Assembly (NCBI RefSeq): GCF_009914755.1
Contig: NC_060932.1
Strand: one strand, 5' to 3'
Length of the DNA: 64,000 nt
DNA from: the human T2T-CHM13v2.0 reference genome, Homo sapiens
The notes beneath the pieces were generated by a model. The model searched no databases and was not told the DNA's origin. It worked only from the letters and a program-made list of their open reading frames with translations. A program made the translations under genes and the position numbers. Numbering within the stretch: the first letter of the stretch is position 1; every line of letters begins with the position of its first letter. Positions 27,367 through 40,669 of the stretch are shown here, piece by piece.

Positions 27367-27718
27367 CAGTGATCCTCAATCAGTTTACCAACAAGTTTTC
27401 TTGGTATTTTAACCTTTTGTGTGTGTTTTCAAAGGCGTTGTAAAAAACAAAACAACATATAAATTTGTTAAATAATAATAATGTATCTCCAGATTTTGCT
27501 TATCACAAAAATTTATAACAACCATACTTTAATTTAAATGACCAGTGTTACTGTATCAAATTGGTATTCTTTCAACTAAGAGAAAAGAAATTAAATTTGC
27601 CAATTTAGTTTATTTGGGGTACCATCTCACCCATAAAGATATAATTTTTCTATGTTTTTTAGAATACTTGAAACTGGTTCATAGAGTCCCTTTCGTGATC
27701 ATAGGTTTGTAAACACTG
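27367..27718. mobile_element. Possible hAT-Charlie MITE
   Basis: Ends CAGTGATCCTCAA... and ...GTTTGTAAACACTG resemble Charlie terminal inverted repeats around an AT-rich interior. Confidence 0.35.
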
Positions 27719-30700
27719 GCATAACATTACTGATTGGAGCTCTAGAAAGCGGGAAGTCATTCTTGCCTACCATCTTTTATTCAGCATTTAGCTACTGGCT
27801 GATCTAGAAACTGCATCTACAGCCACTGCTCATTACCTTCTTGACCCAAGTTGCAGCATCTACAGAAGATGGAGATGCAGTTTGTAAGTGGTCCAGGAAT
27901 GAGTGTTGGTTAGCTTTTAGAGGATGTTGCTTGGACTAGCACAAGGAGTATCATACAAAACTCTCTTGTTGCCACCCTTGACAAATGACCCTAATTTTCA
28001 TATCGGATTAGAAAATTCGATTGGACCATCAAAGCAAATGTGTTCTTTTATGGTTTATTAGTGATTCTTCCCAGCTTTGGTAAGTGCAATTTATATAATC
28101 AGCTCTCAAAGATTTTCACTATGGGTTTTTATTTATTCTTGCAGAATAGTGCCTTAGAAAATTTTATACGGATTTTTTTTTGCAACTATTAAGCAGTTTT
28201 CCCTTATTCCCACTCTCTCAAACCCCAATGCCCAGCATGAAGAAGAAACAAATCTCTATTTTCAAATCTAAGCCACTCATGACACACCCAGCTGGGCTTA
28301 CTCTGAAATTGGATTTCCATTGAAGGACAGTGGGCAGAACACTAATCACTTGGGGGCCTGGGGAAACAGTGGGAGGGTGAATCAGGAAGCCATCAGGAGA
28401 TGCAGCCCTCTTGCTGCTTTATGTAGTTAGAGAGAGAGCATATTTTTAGAATGGACTTTGCTAGGAGGATAAATAATACAGTTCTATTATTTGGACGTTT
28501 GAATCACACACGTCTAGCCCTTTAACTCATCTGATATACCCCTATGTACTATTATTTTTCCATAGGGAGAAAAAGGCATTAAGTGAGGGATAGGTATATT
28601 AATGAATATACTTAGAGTTACTATATTGAAATCTGGGGAATATAGATACAGAGACCAAAATGGGGAGTGGTGTTGATCATTGTTGGCTAGTGGCCCTGAA
28701 TGGAGCAGGGAGTAGGTTCCTGAATGGGCACAGGTAGGAATCATGTGGGAAATGGGCACGTGTGCATCTTTCAAATCCCTCCATAGGGCTGCTGCCTACT
28801 GCTTGTATTAAAAGGCATTTTATGTTGCATCTACTTGAAGATGCCTAAATATGCTATACTTTCACCTCTCCTCATTCAACATATGTCCATATGTTATGTA
28901 TACTTCCATTGTCAGATTTGAGCTCTTGAAGCATGATTTTTAATCTGTGCATGCCCACATCCAGTGCAAAGTAAAAACCAATAGTGTCTTTCAGGTTTAG
29001 AACTGACCACAGTCAAGTACTTTAGGACAGGAAAGTGAGAGGGCCAGAGGGAAGCTTCGCTTTGGGGAGTAAAAGAACCAATCTACAGAGGCCCTTGGTC
29101 TCCCACAGAAACACAGAAATGATAAGGAAGTATAACTATGACTAAAGAGAAAGGAAAGAAGAGAGAGAGAAAGTGAAGAAACACAGCCAAGTAGAAGCAG
29201 AGCCTGCTCAGGGAAGCATAGATGGGTTAGAGGAGGGACATTTGGGATGCACATCAGAAAATCAGATGAGAAGTCCGCGTTTGTCTGTTTTGTCTGGTCA
29301 CCATAATTGTGCTGGCTCTGAGTTTCAACCTTTGTTAATCATACAGCCTTGTTTAAATATGGAATCATTTTTCTTTTGTCCTTCCTTGACTCCATCTTAA
29401 ACATCACATTACTGATAACTCAGAGAACTTTTAACCTAGGCAATCTTCATGTGAGTTCCATTCAGTTCCTTTTGATATACACATATTTAAAGTGACAGTT
29501 ATTTCCTCTTATGGAAGATAGATTTTATTTAATAATTTTTTCAAGCGGAGAGATTAGTTGTGGTCACAGTAGAAAATTTTTCATAATTCTCCAAGTACTA
29601 TAAAAAGTAACTTGATGGCATAAAGTGAATTCCCATGATGAGAGTCATCCTGTCACTGTGAATTGCTGTGATCATCTTTAAAGTGATATATCTTTCCACA
29701 CTGTCTGTCAGCAACTATGTAGGGTTTGTTTTAGATTCAAAAATGTGTGAGATTAGTTGATCTATATCCAAAGAATTCAGACACTTTTTGTTGTTTTTGG
29801 ATCTAGTCACTGTTCACTAGTTCAGTTGTGGGGTAGTTTTCTTATGTTTATCTGTCCTGAAGTTTTATATTCAGAGGCAGTTTTTACATGCTCTTTTTTT
29901 CTTACCCTTCACTTAATGAAGCAGGGTTATAGGAGAAAAATAACCTTTTATCTTTCCTCAGTGATATTAACTTCATTGCATTTAACTTTTTAATAAATCG
30001 TATGCCTACTAATTTACAGAAGCCTTATTTCTAAAAAATGTAATATATATGACTTAAGACTGATCAACATCTTCCCCTTTCTACTACATACATATTCGGA
30101 GTTTTTATTTTGTTTTCTTTCTGTATATTTCAGACTGGGAAAAAATGTACTATTTGTAAGCAGATGATTTAATTTCAGTAAATGTTTTTTTATTTCTCTC
30201 TCCCTTTGATTTATTGCTTGGAAACCATGAGAAACATCCAAGTGCAGATGCTGTTTTCCCACTCTGACAAAACATTGCTTGTTGACCTCGCAAACTTAGA
30301 AAGATTTATCTCCTGTGATTCAATGGTGGAAGTAATAATATTAGCAGTTAAAATTTTCTAAGACACGATCAGGAAAAGGAGACTTCGGTCGTTCTGCTTC
30401 TTGTTAAGAACAGCTGGCAATTTAAAAAGCAGAGACTTGCTAAGGGGGAAGGAGGTAAAGAAGATCAAACAGAAATGCCTCCCCCTTTAGTGAAGTATGA
30501 ACTGAGGATGCTGCATAGTAGCAATAAAATCAGATTCTTAAATGCTTTCCCTTGTTTAGTGTGTATATGTGCTTATTTTTATTTAGTCTTCAAAGATGAC
30601 TTTCCTTATATATTTATTCTCTTCGCAGGAAATACATCTTGACCAAATATTTTTTGCCAAATACTTGTTGTATATTAAAGCCAGCTTAAAATGTCATATT

Positions 30701-31088
30701 TGCTGTGGCTATGTTGAGACTCTGACAAGATTATCTGCAGTGTGAGTGATGTCTGCAAGAGTGGCCTCTCACCATGCCTTCTGCACATTGATTCCACTAA
30801 TCTGCCAGGAGGCAGAGGTGATTCCTATCATTCTGAGAGCTTCCTATAGAAGGCAGGGCCTCTGCAGTCTCTAGAACTGAGGAACTAAATGAAGGCCACC
30901 AAAGTGACCATTAAGTTCCTTAATTGTGAGGAAGCATCTTTAAGAGGAAATGATTCTACAGCCAGAAATATGCGTGACCAGTTCTACAGGATGTGATGTC
31001 ATGTGACTGGTGGAGCTTGTCTTTCTATCAAAGGCTTGTACAGAAAAGGGAAAAGAAATGGGCATGTTTCAGGTCAGTTCTGAATAAT

Positions 31089-31249
31089 GGAAGAAAGAAT
31101 GAAAGGAAGGAGAGGGGAGGGGAGGGGACAGGAGCGGAGGGAAGGGGAGGGGAGGGGAGGGGACAGGAGCAGAGCGGAGGGGAGGGGAGGAGAGGGGAGT
31201 GGAGGAGAGGAGAGGAGAGGAGCGGAGAGGAGAGGAGAGAGGAGAGGGG
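31089..31249 (+). repeat. Polypurine pentamer mosaic (GGAGA/GGGGA/GGAGC)n
   Basis: Read directly; ~160 bp with very few pyrimidines. Confidence 0.95.
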
Positions 31250-31519
31250 CATGTGAGCTGGATTTCTTCAAACCCCACCAACCTGGACAGTGAGTCCTGG
31301 AATCAAAATAATGGTGAGCCTCAGCATCTAACATCAAACACCCAGACTTCCTTCTGGTTTAAGAAATTCCAAAGGCTCTCAGCTGTGATAAAATTAAAAG
31401 GACATATTCCTATTTGTTCTTTTTGTTATTGGTTCTCTGTCTCCCCCTGAACCTTTAGCCAGAAATAGAGATGCACCCTTTCTTCTTCAGTAGCTTTGAG
31501 GATCAAAGAATCTTAGTTG

Positions 31520-31680
31520 CCAGAGCTGGGAGGGGAATCTCAAAGATTGCCTAGTGGAACAATATGATTGTTCATGTGAATAAACTGAAACTCAGAGAGA
31601 ATGTGGTCTATGCAAGACATGGCCCATAGTCTGTGTCAAAAGCCAGGTTTTCTGACTTGTGGCCCAGGGCTCTCTGTAGT
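31520..31680 (-). mobile_element. MIR fragment
   Basis: AGAGCTGGGAGGGGAATCTCAAAGATTGCCTAG...AAACTGAAACTCAGAGAG. Confidence 0.55.
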
Positions 31681-32809
31681 ATTCTGGGCCAGCAAAATCC
31701 CGTGTCTCTCCAGACACATCTTCTCTTGCACCAAATGGGCCTCCTTGCTGTGTCCTCCTCAAACCACCCTCACTCCCACCTCTGAACCTTTGCTGATGTT
31801 CACACCCTGCACAGAGTGCCCTTCTCCTCCAACTCCTCTGCTCAGCACATCACATCCCCTAATGCTCAGCCCGATCTCATTTCCAAAGTTAAGGCTCTGC
31901 TACTCTTCCAGCCCAAATTGATGTCTCCTCTCCCTAGACCCCTTCAGGTCTTTTTTCATTCCCTGTTTCATGTTTGATTTTAACTTCTCAACCAGATGAT
32001 ACTTTCCCAAGCCTATGTTTTTGTCTTTTCCACAGCAGTCCTCCCAGCACCTACTGCCAGGCCAAGTGCTTTTCTCTACTTCAGTCTTCTTCTCTGTTAA
32101 ATGTGAATAATAACACCTGCTCTAAATCTAAGCCTAGTGGACTCCCAGCTTGTTGAAGGGCATGTTGAATAGTCTTATGTACTGGAAGTTTGAGCTTTTG
32201 GGAGGGTAAAAGAAGGGACAGGGATGCCTAGGCACACAGAACTCAAATGCAGTTATTTGGGTTTTCCTCTAACTTAGCCTCCACTGGTCAAATGTTTTTA
32301 GCACCTGCACCAGCAGCCATTTCCATGTATCCCTTCTCCCTGGAGACAGTACAAACAAGAGATAATTCCTATCATTGTTGGGACAGAAGTCTCTCAAAGC
32401 CCTTACCAATATTATAGTTTTGAGATTCACAGTTTCCTCTGAAACTTCCCCTTTAGGAGGGATGGAAACCACAGGATGGGCATTCTGGTAAATGCTCAAC
32501 ATAGATACCTATGGACTGGGTAGCAGGTGACCCCTAGGAAAACCTCAAATATCCTATAAGGTCCTAATAAGGGCCAGTTATTCTAAGCAAAGGAGCTTCT
32601 GTGAGTCATAGTGCAATCCATAGATATGCTTGTTAGCTCCTTATTTAAACCCTTCCTGAAACAACAGCCAAGAAAGGAAAGGACTCAAGGTCACCTCTGG
32701 AATCAGAATCTACTCAGTCTTTTCCCATCCTAGTTTGTATTCACCATATTCAGCCCTCAGCCAACTTGAGGCAGAGTGCCTTGGTAGAAAGTGGTTCTTA
32801 GAGACAGGC

Positions 32810-33262
<453 letters not shown>

Positions 33263-33312
<50 letters not shown>
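33263..33312. repeat. (AAT)16-17 microsatellite replacing the Alu tail
   Basis: Perfect 50-bp trinucleotide run. Confidence 0.95.
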
Positions 33313-33313
<1 letters not shown>

Positions 33314-35899
33314 CTTTCCCTACATCTAGCTATAATTATTTCTTTAACATTTCCTTCCCTGCTACATTGTCAGCTGCATAAGAGCAGGGTCTATGTGTAT
33401 CTTGTTTAACACTGTATCCCCAGAACCCTAGTAGGACATGTACTGTATTAACTGGTTGGTTGACTGAGCAATAGGGAGAAGTTTAGAGCAAGTGCAAGCT
33501 ATTATTATGATCCTTATTATGTTTGATGTTGTTGTTATGTCTCCCTAGAGTTTGGTGGATTTTGGTTTGGATTTCCATTCCACTCTCCATCATTGAGAAG
33601 GAACTGAGTCAAAAGACCCATAGTGGATCAGCAGAGACCAACCACTCACCATGGTCATAAGTAATTTCAGAGCCCATAGTATCTCTCTGTAGATTCTTCC
33701 CTAGTCTCAGTACTTGGCCACAGAGTGGATGGCTTTGATCTTACACAGATTGATTCTATATCCCTTGATGGGTGTGTGGCAGCAATCATCAACAGCAAGG
33801 TGACCTTCTCTGCTTATCATGACTGGCCCCTTTTCTTCTATAATTTTCTTCTTTGGTTTTTGATGTATGAGTATTTTTAGTGACAAAGATAATTAGGTAC
33901 TTTAGTGACAAAGATAATTCCAATGGTACTGTACTAAATGTGGCTTCTGCCTGAGGATGCACTTGTGTCTGAGGAGGATCTAGACTGTCCAAGTGAGCTC
34001 TTATTTTAAAGCCCCTCTTACAGGTTGGCTCTTAAGGACTGAGGAGAAAGCAGGGCCTTTAGCATCAGACAGGTCTACTTTTGGAAGCCCATGTAGTTGA
34101 CAATCTAGCTACATGGGACAATGTAGCTACAGGGAAGGAAATGTTAAAGAAATAATTATATGTGTGAAGAATACCTAGATGTAGGGCAGATATTATTATT
34201 ATCATTTAACATGAGGAAAACTTAGTCTGAGAGAAGCAAGAAGCTTTGCTCCAAGTTTTTGAGACAGTGACACAGATAAGGTGTCTCTCCTTATTGTATA
34301 ATAGGGACAATAATAAAGCCATCTTCAAGGGATGTTGTGATGAATCAGTCAGAAAATGTATGTGAAGTTAATGAGCAAAGAGTCTGGCCATAGTATTAAT
34401 TAGTATTAATACTATTAATAAGTATTCAATAAAGGAGAGTCTCCCACTTTCTTTCCTTCCACTCTGTTTTCCATAAATTAACCAGAGATAAAAGTGGTGG
34501 AATTAGACTTCAGTCCTGTAATGGTGCACCTGAAGTGCTTCCTCTCAATTCATATCCATCTTCCAGATTGCTTGTTGTACCCATATTTTCTGTTAACACA
34601 AATTGGAGGGAGTATCATGACTTTCATTTGTTGACAGATACACAAATGGGCAGAACACAATGATGAATGTCTCAATTCAGACAGGAATTGAATGTTGCCT
34701 GTGGGGTAGGCTGGCTCTGCCACCTGCACTGACAATACATCATCCCTGGAAATTAACCCATCTTCACCATAGCCATTGAAATGGAAAGAAGTGCTTGTTC
34801 ATTAAAAACACCTTCAAATGGAAAGGATGAAGGTCTAGCGTAGTATATATGGTGCATTAATATCTATAATCATGTTTAATTTGCATTAGTCTAACTCTGC
34901 CACTTGGAAACTGTTTTTAAGATATTGTGTTGCCTGAATGGGTTTGTGTATGCATTATTTGCTTCTTGAATAAGAGCTGAACAGAAGCTAATAGCTTTAT
35001 ATAAAATATAGTGATTACCAAATTCAAGAGTCAATGTCCTGTTTCACATTCATTCTTGCTCACTTTTAGTACAAGCTTATGCATCATCAGGCATGTTGTA
35101 TACAAAAATAATGATGTGGGTCCTGGTCTTTATAGGTCTAATGGGTGGTAGTTCCATATTTCTGTAAATTTTAAAAGCATTATTACTCACTAAATATGGA
35201 TCATTTTAAAATAATTAGATATATGTATGAATAGGCTTCATATCACAAAGTTTTATTTTCTTTGTTAAGGATATGAATCCTAATGTCTTTACTATTGAAT
35301 CTGCTAATTCAAATAATATCTATCAGTAGGTAGATGAGCTAAACACTAAGCCTGTATGTCAAATTTTATACACGATATTATGCTTAGATGCATACATAGC
35401 AAAACCAATATTTACAATATATTGGTGTACAAACAATATATTGGTGTAAAAAAATGATTAGTGCTTCATCAAGTTAATACATTCAGGTATCATAATTATG
35501 TATTATTTCATAGTGTATCAACAAGGAGAAGAGAAACTAGTTATTTCAAGCAGGAAGTGATTTAATTTAGGGAAATAGATTCTATAACAGAAAGAATTAA
35601 TGTTTACCAAACACTATATTGTTCTCCCGTTCTCTCTTGCTGTTAATTGGGACCCTGTGATAGTCCTGGCTGAAGGACTGTGAAGGGGAGGGAAGAATTA
35701 ATATCCCAGGGCCTAACTGGTTAAGAGCTTGTGTGCCTCTTTCAACCCTCACTTTCCCTGGAATAAACCTTGGAGCTATATGTTGAAATAGAAAATAAAA
35801 ATATGGATGAATCTTGGTCGTCTGAGTCACCAGATAGAGGAGATCTCTTGCCAATCTGCACGGGATTTTGCATGAACAAAAAGTCACCTTTTACTGGGA

Positions 35900-36380
35900 T
35901 AAGCCACAGAAATTTCAGAGTTTTGTCTATTGAGACAGCTAGGGTTAGTTACTGTAAAAATACTAGGGCCTGGAAAAATGTTGGAAGGATTGAGAGAGGG
36001 AAGATCAGGTTGCAACTACTAGTATGCAGAAAATCATAAAGCATAGGAACTGCAGGAAACTGTCACCAATGATCTCAGCTGTCTACAGCACCAAAGTGAG
36101 TGGTCAGTAGGAAGATACTTGGAAGCTGTTAGCAAAAGCTCACATCTGGGGTCTACCCAAGTCCATGTGACTGCCTGTCTCAAAAGAGTAATAATAGTTC
36201 TATTTATCTTTTGTCTTTGAAACCTTGCATGAATGAGTCTAATTGTCTTAATTTAAACCATAACCCTGCTGGCAGAGATTCTAAGAAATGTAGTTCTCAT
36301 GCTTCCAATCCCTATAATACTAAGGAGAGCGTAGAAGGAGAAAATGGTGTCAAATTGCCAAAAAAAAGAACCTGGCATAT
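35900..36380. mobile_element. Decayed ERVL/MaLR-type LTR
   Basis: CCCTGCTGGCAGAGATTCTAAGAAATGTAGTT resembles the MLT1/LTR33-type GGGAAATGTAGTT motif. Boundaries are uncertain. Confidence 0.4.
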
Positions 36381-36397
36381 AGAAGTAGCCCAATTAT

Positions 36398-36533
36398 TAG
36401 GTGATGACATGCCCCAGTTTGTCTGGGACAGTCCCAATTTATTCCTGTTGACCTAGAGTAATTTTTGATAGTACCCCGTTTCAATCTCAACATGTTCCCT
36501 GCTTGGACACTAAATTATATGGACATCGACCTA
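36398..36533 (+). mobile_element. MER94 (hAT-Blackjack MITE)
   Basis: TAGGTGATGACATGCCCCAGTTTGTCTGGGACAGTCCC...TTGGACACTAAATTATATGG...CCTA. Confidence 0.75.
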
Positions 36534-36769
36534 TTAATAACATGATAAAAATACTTTATTTCATCAAAAAACACTTATTCAGGATATGCTAAGTGCTAAT
36601 CATTGTGTGGGACATTGGTCAACAGAGGCATTTATGACCTTGGCATTCATGAAACTTAGAGTCGAATCTAGTGAATGATGGGAGCCTAAACAAGGCAATA
36701 GCTATGAGGATGGAGCAGAGGAGGCATACTCGAAAGAGGTTGAAGAACTAAATCATACAGGTCTTGATA

Positions 36770-37015
36770 ACTAGCATACTGGTTAAGACCCTTAGGCTCT
36801 TACGTCAGACTATCCAGGTTTGAACACCAGCTCTATCACTTGTTGGGTATTTTAACTTGGGAATTTACCAACTAATCTCTGCCTCAACTTACAACTCTGT
36901 TAAATGGGAATTATAATAATACTTATAAGATTGTTGTGAAAATTAAATGAGATAAAAATTTATAAAGTTTATAAGAGGGCCTAAAATATAGTAAATGCTC
37001 AAGAAATATCATTAT
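36770..37015 (+). mobile_element. MIR
   Basis: GGTTAAGA...GTCAGACTATCCAGGTTTGAACACCAGCTCTATCACTT...GTTGTGAAAATTAAATGAGATAA. Confidence 0.8.
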
Positions 37016-37049
37016 AGTGAAGAAATTGTGGTGGTTGTTGTTTTATAAT

Positions 37050-37960
37050 GGCTGAATATGAGAGAACTGTTAAGAAAATCCTAGGTTTCTGACTTGAATA
37101 TCTTGATGGATGGTTATGTAAAATAATAAATGCAGAAGAAGCTGATTTATGTGGGGGAAAATAGTGCATATAGTTTGAATGGATTGCTAGAAGAGTAAAC
37201 AGAGGAATTGGCATTCTAATTTAAGTGGGGGAAGTAATGCATTTGGTTTGATTATGCTGAGTTTGAGGGACTGGTGGGAAATCCAAATGGCAAGGTCTGA
37301 TAGCAGCTGAATAGTTAGAATTGGGGCTCAGATAAAGATCTGAGCTGAAATTTAGACTTGTGAGGTTTTTTTTTTTTTAAAAAAAAAACACTTCTATTTT
37401 AAGTTTAGGTGTGCAAGTACAGGTTTGTTACACAGGTAAACTTGTGTCATGGGGGTTTGTTATACAGATTATTTCATCACCCAGGTATTAAGCCTAGTAC
37501 CCATTAGTTGTATTTCTGGATCCTCTCCCTCTTTCCACCATCTCACACCAGTCAGAATGGCTGTTATTAAAAAGTCAAAAGATTTGTGACTTTCTAGATG
37601 GTAGCTGAAGCCAAGGAAATTTGGGAGATGAATTAGAGAAGGTATTCAGAGTAGACCAGAACTTTAAAGGGCAGAGGAAAAGAAACATATGAGAAAGACA
37701 AGAAGGAATTGCCAGAAAAATAGAAGAGAAGCAGGCAAGTGATGTGAAGGAAGGCGAGGAAGGAGAGAAAGCCAGAAAGAACAGGGTGGACGATGGTGTT
37801 AAGTGTCAAGCACAAATCAAGAAGATGAGAACAGAAATGATTTCCACAGATTCAGCAATTGAGGGCTTTTGCTGATTTTAGTAAGAATAGATTCAGTGGA
37901 GTAGGGAAGGTGGAAGTCTTCTCAGGTCACCAAGGGTAGAGGTAAGAATGAGAAGAGAGA
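37050..37960 (-). mobile_element. L2 fragment, interrupted by a short L1
   Basis: TGCTGAGTTTGAGGGACT..., AGATGGTAGCTGAAGCCAAGG and GATTCAGCAATTGAGGG are antisense L2 motifs. Confidence 0.65.
37366..37580 (-). mobile_element. ~215-bp L1PA (PA13-16-like) stub with 5' inversion
   Basis: Poly-T and antisense 3' UTR (37366-37536), then a sense L1 segment (37537-37580). Degenerate TSD GACTTGTGA/GATTTGTGA. Confidence 0.85.
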
Positions 37961-39849
37961 ACATATAGATCATGAAATATTAATCTTCAGGGTGCTTGGC
38001 TGTGAAGGAAAGGAAAGGGTCAACTGGTGGCTAGAGGCTTTTTAAAAGCACAGCCTACAAGATCCTTTGGTCCTAGAGTTGCACAAAGGATTTGCAGACC
38101 AGGAAAGGTTTAGATAACATGACCACCAAAGTCTTCCCCATTTCAAAGTGTTTATTATTTCATGATTCTCTGCTTAATAAGTACCAAGGTTCAGCTTTTA
38201 TTTTCACAGGTTGTTACCTGTAAAGAGGGTACAAAATCTGTTTTATCCTAACAAATTTAAGTTAGAATTTAGTTTGATCTTACGAGTCTTTAGGGAAATA
38301 TATTTTAGGAGTCAAAATGTGTATCTGTACATAGTATATTTATGAATATTGTTCTTAATTTTTAATTCAGTACCTTTACAAATTATTTTATAATTGGTTC
38401 CTGTTTTCAACCAGTTGCTTGTGCTTATATATGCAATTTGTCTATTTTTTTCATATCTGTTTTCAGCTTCTCCCAAAGAATTATCATTAGGTCATAACAC
38501 TGGGGGAGGTTTACTGAATGATCATTCTTTTCAAAGACTTTACCATTTCCCCCAGAGCCTTGGTTGGTTTATTGACTAGAGCAAAGCAGTTAGTTTGCTA
38601 TTAGTGGAATAAGGTAGGCAAAGCATCTGGAAATGTTCTACCAGGAGGAGCCAGTGGCCTTGTTTTCGAAAAGTCCCAGGTCTCCCATCACTCCCTCCAG
38701 TCTTGCTAGGGCATGAAAGAATCAGAATTTATAACTGCATCATAATTCTGTACTACAGCCTTTCATCTGGGATCTTCTGTTTGGAAAGTCTCTTCAAATG
38801 TTTTCTTAGCCTCAAGGGAAAAATTTCTCCCAGAGATACCTCAATTTTGATCAAAAGCATTCACAAGTCCACTTTTAGTTTTTTCTCTACCAATTAAAGT
38901 CCTCTTAGCTTGGTAGATTAAAGCTCATAAAACTGGTTCCACTGGTTTATTAGAAAACTCACTTTAGCTAGAAGAGTCGAAGTTTTGATATACACAGACC
39001 CTAGAGAGCTAGGAAAATCTTACTTTTCTCCAAAGGATTCAAGTCCTATTATTTAATTTTCATCTGATTTTGGCCAAGTTCAGATTTTTGCTGACTGTGT
39101 AACATAGCCTATTCATTTCAGCTACAAATAGTTCTCTTTTGTTTCCATTTACTTAGAAATTAACAAAATATTGCCATCATTTTATGTGTTTTCATAAATG
39201 TATTTAAAGCCTTTTATAATTATGATATTTAAATATTCTGTTTTTAAATTCCAAATAACATTAGTTGAGAGATGCATCTTTGACATAAAAAAAAATTTCA
39301 GGAGAAAAATTTCTTGTAAAAGCTTCTCAATGAGTGTATACATTGATCATAAGACCATTCTAATTCTAGAAACATTAAATATGAAAAAGTATACTTTTGG
39401 AATTGAAAAGATATGGCATTAATGGTCATTTCACTTGACTTGAGGCTTCCCATGTGTGGGATTCATCATTACTTCATATGCATCTATCTAATCTTCATTT
39501 ATCCATTCAGCTCACAGTTATTGAGAACAATATTAAGTCTTAAGCTCTTTTGCTAAGCAACGGACAATGAACACTCCCTGGTGCTAGTTAGCATCCGAAT
39601 TTGTAAAGTGAGCCATTTGTTGTATGTTTTAACCTTTTAAAAAATTCAGCATTTTTCTCTAAATATTTTGAAATCTAACTCAAGAAAAATAAAAATCACC
39701 CAGTGGCTTTTTCACATAATTTTAATCACCTTTATTCTTCTGCTTATCCTGTCTCCTCAGTCTTACATTCCCCTACACTATGCAGCAACCTGAGTTGATA
39801 GCTATCATACCACGCCATGCTACTCTCATCATCATACGGTGGCATGATT

Positions 39850-40375
39850 AAGACAGAGAAGACTTGAAAATAAGTATGCTTAAAATCTTCAGAAAATAAA
39901 ATGTGAATAACATCCACTAAAAAATAAAAACAGGAGTTTATGAAATAACAATTAAGTGGTAATCAAATTAGAACATGCAGATTCAAAAGACAACCGATTG
40001 AAATGATTAGAAATAAAAATGTATAGTCATTTAGAATTTCTAGAAAAAAATCTAAATAAAAGGAATAAATAAAGAGAATGCTGTCAAAGGGAGACTTTAT
40101 AAATTGGATCACGGAAATTAGAAATTACCAAACTGTGCAAAACAGAGAAAAGAGAACTGAAAATATAAAAGATTTTGTAATGCAAGAAGTTCTATTATAT
40201 ATAAGTAAATAGTTCCAGTGGGAGAAAATAGAGAAAATTGCTGAACAGTTTCTAGAATTAAGGCAAGATGTGAGTATTCATATTCCAAAAAGGACAAATC
40301 ATGCCAAGCAAGATGAAAATTTTAAAACCTCTTTCTATATTTACATTATAATGAAGCTAAAGAACATCAAGGGCA
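39850..40375 (+). mobile_element. Old L1M ORF1-region fragment
   Basis: A-rich sequence with AATAAGTATGCTTAAAATCTTCAGA, AGTTCCAG...GAGAAAATAGAGAAAA and ACATTATAATGAAGCT. Confidence 0.55.
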
Positions 40376-40669
40376 GAATATTTGCTTTTCTGAATGGGGA
40401 GATATGAAATATCATTGAAGCTTTCCTTGATTACTAGAGGTTTATTCCTGCATTCTGTTGTGATAACACTTTCTTCTATGTTGATTTAGTTATTTGCCTG
40501 CTGTAACTTCTCATGCAGTCATTGTACTGGCCTCCAGCTCACTTTTGTTTACTGCTGTTCTATGCTATTTGCTGGACAAACCAAAAAACTGCCTTTGTTA
40601 AAAGACTTACAATAAACAACAATAGCTTATTAAACGAAGAATTGGCTTTAAAGAAGGTACATGATACTA

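Noticed and set aside
30993-31450. Cluster of overlapping ORFs rich in G/E/R or P/S/L
   Set aside because: An artefact of the stop-free polypurine repeat.
34879-34886. Octamer ATTTGCAT and scattered AP-1 TGA(C/G)TCA motifs
   Set aside because: Several such 7-8-mers are expected by chance in 64 kb of AT-rich DNA, and there is no independent support.
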